A stretch of 64,000 nt of DNA, taken from the NCBI GenBank assembly GCA_035636295.1, contig DASPZL010000440.1, positions 5,404-69,403 on the forward strand, given 5' to 3'. Shown here piece by piece: positions 9,489 through 17,041 of this stretch. Made by a program: the position numbers and the translations under genes. The stretch is from Paraburkholderia sp. (lineage in GTDB: Bacteria > Pseudomonadota > Gammaproteobacteria > Burkholderiales > Burkholderiaceae). Under the pieces are notes generated by a model, which made no database searches, had not been told where the DNA came from, and saw nothing but the letters and a program-made list of their open reading frames with translations. How positions within the stretch are numbered: the first letter of the stretch is position 1; every line of letters begins with the position of its first letter.

Positions 9489-10094
9489 TCAATACCCCAC
9501 GCGATACACGCGACCCGTCTGCGCGCCCTCCACGCTGCGCACATAGGCCAGCGCCGCGCGTTGCGCCGTCACCGGCTCGAAGCCGCGAAAGTAGGGCGCA
9601 TAAGCGTCGAGCGATTCGGTCAGCACCGTCGGGCTCACCACGTTGATGCGTATGCCGCGCGGCAGCTCGATCGCCGCGCCGCGCACGAAACCTTCGAGCG
9701 CCATGTTGACGGTAGTGGCATTCGCGCCCAGGCGAATCGGCTCGTCGCCGACAATGCCGCTCGTCAGCGTGAATGAGCCGCCGTCGTTCACGTATTGCTG
9801 GGCGGCCAGCACCACGTTGATCTGGCCCATCAGCTTGTCGCGCAGGCCGATCCAGAACTGTTCGATGCTCATGTCCGGCAATGGACCGAAATGCAGCTTG
9901 CCGGTGGCGGTGACCACGCCGTCCACCTTGCCGATCCCGCGGAAGAACTGCTCGATGCTCGCCGGATCGGTGCTGTCGACGCGGTACGGGCCGCGCGTCG
10001 CGCCCGCTTCGATGACTTCGTGGCGCGCCTTGAGTTCCGTGCTCACTGCCTGGCCAAGCGTGCCGGTGGCGCCGATCACGACGATCTTTTTCAT
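9489..10094 (-). CDS. atypical short-chain dehydrogenase/reductase (~200 aa)
   Basis: VIGATGTLG Rossmann motif; KLMGQIN, TLTSG, RINVVSP. Confidence 0.88.
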   Translation of the reverse strand: MKKIVVIGATGTLGQAVSTELKARHEVIEAGATRGPYRVDSTDPASIEQFFRGIGKVDGVVTATGKLHFGPLPDMSIEQFWIGLRDKLMGQINVVLAAQQYVNDGGSFTLTSGIVGDEPIRLGANATTVNMALEGFVRGAAIELPRGIRINVVSPTVLTESLDAYAPYFRGFEPVTAQRAALAYVRSVEGAQTGRVYRVGY

Positions 10095-10306
10095 TGACTG
10101 CTCCGCTGAGGGTTAACGTGGAGTCGATTGTGCGGGCAGCCGGCAGGAAGAAAAAGCCGCTTGCGCGCGCAGGTCTTGCAACCCCCGGTTTCTAATCGGC
10201 GGCAAGCGCGCACCATTATTCAAACGATGCGCGTTTAACATTTCGCTGATTAATCGGAGCAGGCGCCGGAATTCAAACGCGCTCGCAAAAAAACGAACGC
10301 TTATTT

Positions 10307-10762
10307 CTATTTCACCCGATGTAATTCGATAACGCGCGTGGGTCGCAGATGATTAAGAGCGTAATGAATGCGCCCTCGTTCGGCACGACTGCCGACCGGG
10401 CGCGGGTCGTCGAACTGATGATCGGCCGAAGAGGCGCCCTGCGGCTCGACCATGCCTTTGTCGATGACCGTATAGCCCGGCTCGAGCGCCAACAGCAGAT
10501 GATTGCCGCCAACGCGGCTGTCGAAGCCGGCCATGCCGTCGTGTGCCTCGGGCACGCTGTTGCTGAGCGTCGCGTTGCTCGTGGTGATTTCATCGACCGC
10601 GATCGGGCTATGGCCGGCGATGCGGGCGGCTTCGAGATTCTTGCCGTCGGTGTCCACCGTGCTGTCGTGCGTGCGATCGTTGTGCAGTTCCGCCGTGCGC
10701 GGGCCGATGATGTGCGGTTGCTTGTTCGTATCCTCTGGTTTGTTGATATCGCTGTTCATCAT
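10307..10762 (-). CDS. Burkholderiaceae hypothetical protein (resembles DUF3005, from recall)
   Basis: GGAG RBS before the ATG; plausible hydrophilic ORF with GFDSR motif. Confidence 0.6.
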   Translation of the reverse strand: MMNSDINKPEDTNKQPHIIGPRTAELHNDRTHDSTVDTDGKNLEAARIAGHSPIAVDEITTSNATLSNSVPEAHDGMAGFDSRVGGNHLLLALEPGYTVIDKGMVEPQGASSADHQFDDPRPVGSRAERGRIHYALNHLRPTRVIELHRVK

Positions 10763-11086
10763 GCATTCTCCTTGAAGAGGACATGGTCGAAGTACAGCAA
10801 AACCCATTCCGGCCGGCACAACGCTTTAGCGCTGAAGTTCATCACACCTTGCGTCGCTGTTTCATGTGATGGGCATTTCACATGGCGATTGCGTTCGGGA
10901 TTCTTTTCGTTTTTTTTAATGGACGCGTATTTTCTACAGAGTATGATCTTACTCCGACGAGCGAAGCGCGGTTACATTGGCTATATTTGTCCGGTAGGTT
11001 TCACACCATCGGCAACAAGCGGCGGCAAGCAGCAACAAGCGCCGCGCTACTCAAACATTCTACGGGGCTGTCAGGGCGGGTGACAC

Positions 11087-11320
11087 ATGCACTTCGATGC
11101 TGCATTCACACATCGCGGCTATTTGCTGAATTGCGCGCCGGCGCACGCGGTCGATGGTACGTGGCAACCTTATGTGGTCATCTCCCGATCGAGCGACGGC
11201 GAACTGGTCGCCAACCGTTTTTTCCCTCAAGACTTGCGTTTTCCTGACGAAGCCGCCGCCATCGCCCACGCTCGCGACTGGGCGGTGCGCTGGATCGACG
11301 CGAGCAGCGTGACGATCTGA
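11087..11320 (+). CDS. small hypothetical protein (77 aa)
   Basis: protein-like composition (HRGYLLNC...QPYVVISR...ARDWAVRWID); fills the intergenic gap. Confidence 0.65.
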   Translation: MHFDAAFTHRGYLLNCAPAHAVDGTWQPYVVISRSSDGELVANRFFPQDLRFPDEAAAIAHARDWAVRWIDASSVTI

Positions 11321-11434
11321 GCGCCTCCGGCATGCGAGGCCGTGCGCATGCGGCGCTGCGCGAGCCGCCGCAAAACGCGGTAATCTCTCGGGACAATCAC
11401 TCCGAACCGTGCCCTCGCGCGGCGCTGTCCTTTT

Positions 11435-12361
11435 ATGCCTAACGTGCCTTCCCATAACTGGGGTCTCGAACAGATCGTCACGGACTTGCGCGCGTCGCGC
11501 GAAGAATTGCATCGCACGCGGCATCCGCTCGGCATTCGCGAACTGCCGTCGCGTGAAGCGGTGGTCAATATTGTCACCGGCCTGCGCGCTGCCCTGTTCC
11601 CCACGCACTACGGCGCTCCCGATCTGACCGACGAAACCGTCGACTACTACGTCGGCCACACGCTCGAGAGCACCTTGCGTTTGCTCGCCGAGCAGATTCG
11701 GCGCGCCATGCGATTCTTGCCCGAGTTCGGCGAAACGCCGGACGCGGAACTGAAGGAGCGCGCATTCAAAGTCGCGCGCGAATTCGGCACGCAGTTGCCG
11801 GGCATCCGCGCGCTGCTGGTGAGTGACATTCAGGCGGCCTTCACCGGCGATCCCGCCGCGCAGCACATCACCGAAATTCTGCTCTGTTATCCCGGCGTGT
11901 GGGCGATGACGCACCACCGCCTCGCGCACGCGTTGCATCGCCTCGGCGTGCCCTTGCTGGCGCGTTTCATCAACGAGATTGCGCACTCGGCAACCGGCAT
12001 CGACATTCACCCCGGCGCGACCATTGGGCCGAGCTTTTTCATCGATCACGGCACGGGCGTGGTGATCGGGGAGACGGCGATCATCGGCGAACGCGTGCGT
12101 GTGTACCAAGCGGTGACGCTCGGCGCAAAGAGCTTTGCCGCGGATCTCGACGGCGCGCTGATCAAGGGCAACGCGCGCCATCCGATCGTCGAGGACGATG
12201 TCGTGATTTATGCAGGCGCCACGATACTTGGCCGCGTGACGATCGGGCGCGGCTCGGTGATCGGCGGCAATGTGTGGCTCACGCATAGCGTGCCGCCGGG
12301 CAGCAGCGTGTCGCAAGGCAAGGTCCGCGAAGGCGAGCGTACCGACGAGGGGCGCCGGTGA
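11435..12361 (+). CDS. cysE: serine O-acetyltransferase (EpsC/CysE type)
   Basis: GDPAA, YPG, TGIDIHPGATIG, FIDHGTGVVIGET, RHP hexapeptide repeats. Confidence 0.9.
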   Translation: MPNVPSHNWGLEQIVTDLRASREELHRTRHPLGIRELPSREAVVNIVTGLRAALFPTHYGAPDLTDETVDYYVGHTLESTLRLLAEQIRRAMRFLPEFGETPDAELKERAFKVAREFGTQLPGIRALLVSDIQAAFTGDPAAQHITEILLCYPGVWAMTHHRLAHALHRLGVPLLARFINEIAHSATGIDIHPGATIGPSFFIDHGTGVVIGETAIIGERVRVYQAVTLGAKSFAADLDGALIKGNARHPIVEDDVVIYAGATILGRVTIGRGSVIGGNVWLTHSVPPGSSVSQGKVREGERTDEGRR

Positions 12362-13191
12362 TGCGCGGGTTGGTGCGCGGCCGCGTTCACATGCCTCGCT
12401 GCGCGATTGCCGGCGTCGAAGCGACGGTGGCGCAAACCGCGCACGCGTTTCCACGTCATTCGCACGACCGTTTCGGTGTGGGCGTGATCGTCAGCGGCGG
12501 GCATCGGTCGGCGAGCGGGCGCGGAATGGTCGAAGCGCGCGCGAATGACGCGATCATGGTCAATCCCGGCGAAGTCCACGACGGCAGTCCGCTCGACGAG
12601 CGTGGCCGCGCATGGCGCATGTTGTACTTCGAGCCTTCGATGCTGGTCAGCGTCGCTCGCGAACTGACCGGCGCGGCGGCGCGCGAACTCGAACTCACAC
12701 AGCCGGTGGCGCATGATCCATTGCTGAAACGTCTGTTCGAGCGGCTGTTCGCGGTTTCCGTGGAAGCGCCGCAAGTGCCGGACGATCTGGTGCGCGAGGA
12801 GGCGTTGCTCGAACTGCTTGGGCATCTGGTGCGAGCGCATGCGACGAACCAGACACGTTTGCCGTCGACTCATTCACTGGGGCCGATCGCGCGAGCAAAA
12901 GCGCGCATCGATGATGATCCGTCTTCACCCCTGACGCTTGCCGATCTCGCCGCCGATACCGGCATGAGCCGTTTTCAGTTGCTGCGAGGCTTCGCACATG
13001 AGATGGGATTGCCGCCGCACGCGTACCGGATGCAGCGGCGGGTGGTGCTCGCGAGGCAGTTGATCGCGCGTGGCGCGATGCTTGCCGATGCAGCGGCCAC
13101 GGCGGGGTTCGCCGATCAGAGTCACATGACGAGGGCGTTCGTGAGACTGATGGGCGTGACGCCCGCCAACTATGCGGCCGCCATGCGGTGA
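12361..13191 (+). CDS. AraC family transcriptional regulator (cupin ligand domain)
   Basis: FPRHSHD, NPGEVHDG; C-terminal GFADQSHMTRAF; overlaps the cysE stop (alternative GTG at 12358). Confidence 0.9.
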   Translation: MRGLVRGRVHMPRCAIAGVEATVAQTAHAFPRHSHDRFGVGVIVSGGHRSASGRGMVEARANDAIMVNPGEVHDGSPLDERGRAWRMLYFEPSMLVSVARELTGAAARELELTQPVAHDPLLKRLFERLFAVSVEAPQVPDDLVREEALLELLGHLVRAHATNQTRLPSTHSLGPIARAKARIDDDPSSPLTLADLAADTGMSRFQLLRGFAHEMGLPPHAYRMQRRVVLARQLIARGAMLADAAATAGFADQSHMTRAFVRLMGVTPANYAAAMR

Positions 13192-13193
13192 CG

Positions 13194-13709
13194 CTAGCCG
13201 ATTCTCAGATGCTGCAGTAAAGCCGCCGCCTGTCCGCCAGGCAGCCACACATGCGCCCCGATAAACCACGCCGCGGCCCACGAAGCACCCACCACGATCA
13301 GGTCGCAGTGACCGCTGTTCCACAGATTGAGTGAATGCCGTCGGGCGATCCAGGGTACGCCCAAAGGATTCGGCCAATCGGCAAGCAAATGCATCAGCCC
13401 GCCGCAAGCGAAGCCGAACGCCGGCGCGGCATAGAGCGAATGCCCGAGCCAGTGGTAAGAAACCGCGAGCAGCGCGAGCCATCCGACGCCCCAATGCGTT
13501 ATCGTGCGATGCGTGATCCACAGCCGCCGCGCCCGCGACCACCACGCCACCTCGAGCCAGTCCGGCGCCGTACTTCCCGCCACGCCGGCAATGAAACTCA
13601 GCAACACGCCGAGATGAAACGAACCGCCGCCGCCGATGCGCGCGACGATGGCCGCCGCGATGACGCCGGCCGCAAAACCGGTAGCGTGATGTGCTTTGCT
13701 GGATGCCAT
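13194..13709 (-). CDS. membrane-bound metal-dependent hydrolase (YdjM-like)
   Basis: H near the N-terminus, PD, HRTITH, HLLAD motifs with TM helices. Confidence 0.8.
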   Translation of the reverse strand: MASSKAHHATGFAAGVIAAAIVARIGGGGSFHLGVLLSFIAGVAGSTAPDWLEVAWWSRARRLWITHRTITHWGVGWLALLAVSYHWLGHSLYAAPAFGFACGGLMHLLADWPNPLGVPWIARRHSLNLWNSGHCDLIVVGASWAAAWFIGAHVWLPGGQAAALLQHLRIG

Positions 13710-13773
13710 CGAACTCGCGGCACAGCGCGCCGCATAAAAGACAAAGGGCGGCTATGTTCGCAGATGAGCGGAT

Positions 13774-13815
13774 AAAAAAATAGCCGACACGCTATATATA
13801 AATTGGCGTATCGGC
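13774..13815 (-). terminator. probable intrinsic terminator of the lipoprotein gene
   Basis: GCCGACACGC/GCGTATCGGC stem next to an A7 tract (U7 on the minus strand). Confidence 0.5.
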
Positions 13816-13849
13816 GTGGTCTTCAAAACGCGGCGCTGTGGTGCGAACG

Positions 13850-14206
13850 TCAGGTCGCGCAGCGCGCAATGTCGAAGCGCATTTCCGGTTCCGGCGGATC
13901 GTCCGGCGCGTTCGCGGGATGCATCACCTTGATGACAGAGCCGGCGTTCAACGGCGTCAGCGTGACGAAGTACGAGTTGTTCGAATCGGAGCCGATTGCG
14001 ATCTCGGTCGCTCCGCCTACGCGTGACATACGCACACGCGACAAGCGGCTTTCGAGGCAATCGGCGATATAAGCGGGGGCTCGCTGCGAAGATACGTACA
14101 TCATCGGCTGGGACGCATCGCGGGCGGAGGGGCCGCTGGAAGAACCGCAGGCAGTGAGCAAAGCCATCACGGCGGCAGCGGAAACTGGCAGGAGAAGTCT
14201 TTTCAT
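13850..14206 (-). CDS. putative lipoprotein
   Basis: MKRLLL...LLTA-C lipobox; Cys pair (ADCL...ARCA). Confidence 0.75.
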   Translation of the reverse strand: MKRLLLPVSAAAVMALLTACGSSSGPSARDASQPMMYVSSQRAPAYIADCLESRLSRVRMSRVGGATEIAIGSDSNNSYFVTLTPLNAGSVIKVMHPANAPDDPPEPEMRFDIARCAT

Positions 14207-14418
14207 GGTCTGGTCGTCGGCGTCCCCGGTCGTGCGCGGGAACCTGGTGCGCGGGCGAAGCGCGACGCGATTTAAAACAACGTCATGCTTCGCGACGAAG
14301 CCGCCGTTCAGGCCGCAGCGAACTTGCGGCAAGGAAGGCAGCCGGGCCCAGTATACCCATCGCGCGCTTGCGTCGTCACCATCTCGTCACCATCACTACG
14401 CCGAAACGTAATCCCATG

Positions 14419-14454
14419 AAAAAACCCGCGCGCGATCGTGCCGCGCGCGGGTTT
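14419..14454 (-). terminator. intrinsic terminator of the porin gene
   Basis: AAACCCGCGCGCG / CGCGCGCGGGTTT stem with a U6 tail on the minus strand. Confidence 0.8.
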
Positions 14455-14503
14455 GACTGCTGAGCGGATCGGTACATCCGCTCAGCACGTGCGCCCGTAA
14501 AAC

Positions 14504-15655
14504 TTAGAAACGGTGACGCAGGCCAACAGCCGCGGCAACCTGATTGCCGGTCGACGACGGCGCCAGCGTGTTGATTGCCGCCACGTTCGAACCGAAGTTG
14601 CCGAGTTGGCCGGATGCATGCTGATACACGCCTTCCACATACACGTCGGTACGCTTGCTCAGCGAGTAGTCGCCTTGCAGCGACACCGTGTGCCACTTCG
14701 GATCGCCCGAGCCGTTCGAACCGGACATCTTGCCGTCGGTGAACGTGTACGCAGCGGCGAGGCTCAATGCCGGCGTCAGCGCATAACGGCCGTTCACTTC
14801 GTAGTTGTCCAGATGCAGGTTCGTGCCTGCCACGCCAGGCAGCGTCGTGCCGCCGACGTCCACCCCGGTGATGCCGTCCAGCTGCGTGTGCGTGTAGACG
14901 AAACCTGCCGTTGCCGGGCCGTACGTGTAGTTGATGCCCGCGCCGTACGTGCGTTGCAGATCCGCAGCGATCGCCGCGGTGCCGTCGCCTTGCGACACGG
15001 CGCCGCTCAGGTTGGAGCTGCCGGACTTGTTCAGTTGCAGGTAAGCCGCGGCGAAGCTCAGCGGGCCGTTGTTGTACGAGGCGCCGGCGCTCCAGGCGCG
15101 GTTGTTCGAGAACTGGCCTGCCGAGTTGCTGAAGCCGTACAGGCCGCCGAACTTGAGGCCCGCGTAATTCGCGCTCGTGTATTTCACGGCGTTCTTGATC
15201 GAGAACGAGTTGTCCAGATTGTCGTTATCGAACGGGTGAGCGGCCAGGTTGTTGCCGTAGCCCGCGCCCGCTTCGGACAGCGGCGCAAGGTAGTCGACCA
15301 CGGAATCGTATTGACGGCCGAGCGTCAACGCGCCGTACTGATCGCTCTGCAGACCGACGAAAGCCTGACGATTGAATATCGTGCTGTTTTCCGAAAACTG
15401 GCCGTTGTTCAGGTTGAAGCCGCTTTCCAACGTGAAGATCGCGTGCAGACCGCCACCGAGGTCTTCGTTGCCGCGCAGGCCGAAGTAGGTGTTCGACACG
15501 GAACCGCTGCCTTGTTGCCAGTTGCTGTGGCCGCCCTGGTTGTTCGAGTACACGAGACCTGCGTCCAACGTGCCGTACAGCGTGACGCTGCTTTGTGCGT
15601 GAGCGGTGATGGCAAACGCGCCCATGAGGCCTGCTGCGATGAGGGTTTTTTTCAT
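14504..15655 (-). CDS. outer membrane porin (Burkholderia OpcP/Omp38-like)
   Basis: MKKTL...AHAQSSVTLYG, GLRGNEDLGGGL, LSKRTDVY, C-terminal GLRHRF; GGAG RBS. Confidence 0.95.
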   Translation of the reverse strand: MKKTLIAAGLMGAFAITAHAQSSVTLYGTLDAGLVYSNNQGGHSNWQQGSGSVSNTYFGLRGNEDLGGGLHAIFTLESGFNLNNGQFSENSTIFNRQAFVGLQSDQYGALTLGRQYDSVVDYLAPLSEAGAGYGNNLAAHPFDNDNLDNSFSIKNAVKYTSANYAGLKFGGLYGFSNSAGQFSNNRAWSAGASYNNGPLSFAAAYLQLNKSGSSNLSGAVSQGDGTAAIAADLQRTYGAGINYTYGPATAGFVYTHTQLDGITGVDVGGTTLPGVAGTNLHLDNYEVNGRYALTPALSLAAAYTFTDGKMSGSNGSGDPKWHTVSLQGDYSLSKRTDVYVEGVYQHASGQLGNFGSNVAAINTLAPSSTGNQVAAAVGLRHRF

Positions 15656-16044
15656 GTTGAGATAACTCCGAGACAGTGCATAGAGAATCGCATTCCAGTG
15701 CTTACCGCCGATTTCGTCGGGTGCCTGACGATCCGCTGCGAAGTGTATTCCTGCTATGCAGATGTTTAATCGCATATGGCGCAACAATGAATTCTAAAAT
15801 CGGTAATGGCGAATTGGAATTGTGTAAGTGCGGGTAAATAAAGAAAAAATCTGTTCATGCGTGGATTCGCCGCAGCCTTGTCAATCTTCGGGGTGTTGCA
15901 GGCTCGCGACGCTGCGCGTGGGCGGCTTACGCAGCCGGTTGTAGCGCGTGCCGCCGCGGTGTTTGCCATTCATTGCGTTTCCTGCAATGCAGTCTTCCGA
16001 TTAGCGTGACCTATTGTGGCTAATTACGGTTCTACAATTCAATT

Positions 16045-16112
16045 GGCTTAACCCTCTGACCAAGGGTTGTCTTTTTCATCTTTTATACGCGGCTTTCGGG
16101 CCGCGTTTTTTT
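16045..16112 (+). ncRNA. candidate sRNA divergent from the porin gene, with a segment antisense to porin start codons
   Basis: TACAAT -10 at 16033-16038; hairpin AACCCT/AGGGTT; GTCTTTTTCAT segment; orphan terminator ACGCGGCT-TTCG-GGCCGCGT plus U7; 5' end estimated. Confidence 0.5.
16087..16112 (+). terminator. orphan intrinsic terminator (UUCG loop, U7 tail)
   Basis: 8-bp stem including one G-U pair; no plus-strand gene upstream. Confidence 0.75.
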
Positions 16113-16291
16113 ACGACTTTTTTATAATCGATTTATAAGTTCCCGCGAATAACGAAATAGAGTATTCCGGTTGCCGAAACGCTCGCCTCGACTTGTCCGT
16201 TCGTCAGAGGAGCGCATCCGGCGCTTGCGGCACGGGTAGAATCGCATGTCCTGGATATGTTTCCGCCCCCGCGAACGTGAGTGAACCTGCA

Positions 16292-16825
16292 ATGACCGAT
16301 ACGCCCCTTCCATCGTCCGACGCCGCTGATTTCACGACGGAAGGCTCGTCCGGAATGGACGAAACGCTGCACGAAGCGCGTCTGTGGCGCGACGACGGCT
16401 GGACCGCGCGCGTCATCAAGAATGAAGACGACGAAGGCTGGGCCGTTGAAATGATCAAGGACGGCGAAGCGGAACCGGCGCTTGTCGGTCCGTGGACGAT
16501 GGGCCGCAACAAGAAAGATCCGAAGCCGCTCGACACGTCGGCGTTCAATACGCTGGTGAAGACCGCGTCCGAAGTGCTGCGCCGCCATGAGCAGCAACTG
16601 CGCGCGCAACTCCATAGAGAAGTGCGGGTGGCGACCGCGGACGGCAATGATGAACTCGACGTCACGCTGGACATCGTGCCGGACGAGGACGAGCCGTATG
16701 CGCTGCTGACCGCGCTCGACACCTTCGGTGAACAGCTCGCGCAAGTGCAGGTTGCGCCGAACTTCAAGCTCAGCAAGGCGAGTGCGGCGGCTTGGGTCGA
16801 AAACGGATTTCGCCGTCCGGGTTAG
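16292..16825 (+). CDS. hypothetical protein
   Basis: acidic, globular-looking ORF (WTARVIKNEDDEGWAV, GPWTMGR) with typical codon usage. Confidence 0.7.
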   Translation: MTDTPLPSSDAADFTTEGSSGMDETLHEARLWRDDGWTARVIKNEDDEGWAVEMIKDGEAEPALVGPWTMGRNKKDPKPLDTSAFNTLVKTASEVLRRHEQQLRAQLHREVRVATADGNDELDVTLDIVPDEDEPYALLTALDTFGEQLAQVQVAPNFKLSKASAAAWVENGFRRPG

Positions 16826-16845
16826 AAGTGAGGCGCCACGGTTCA

Positions 16846-16894
16846 GCTAACCAAGGCTAACTGGCGGCTAACTAGTGGCAAACGAAAGGCTAAT
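16846..16894 (+). repeat. five helically phased GCTAAC-like direct repeats
   Basis: GCTAAC at 16846, 16856 and 16867, GCAAAC at 16878, GCTAAT at 16889 (spacing 10, 11, 11, 11). Confidence 0.75.
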
Positions 16895-16911
16895 CCAAAT
16901 ATTACCGAAAG

Positions 16912-16940
16912 CTGTCAATATACTTTCACATTCACTTCAT
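16912..16940 (+). promoter_or_regulatory. Pho box (PhoB site) upstream of phoX
   Basis: CTGTCAA-TATA-CTTTCAC-ATTC-ACTTCAT, 11-bp periodic match to CTGTCAT-N4-CTGTCAY. Confidence 0.7.
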
Positions 16941-17041
16941 AGAATCCTCGCGTCATAGCGGCGCGAGCGTGAACCATACGGTTTTGAGTGCGTGCCGGCT
17001 GTGCATTCCCCCACGCTATCGCAACCCTGGATCACGACAAC

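Noticed and set aside
14513-15769. 418-aa ORF listed in the track across the porin locus
   Set aside because: It overlaps the porin in a different frame, has no recognisable motifs, and is a typical high-GC shadow ORF.
16846-16894. repeat array as a possible CRISPR or iteron set
   Set aside because: Units are only 6-7 bp with 4-5 bp linkers, and there are no cas or rep genes; kept only as a possible regulatory array.
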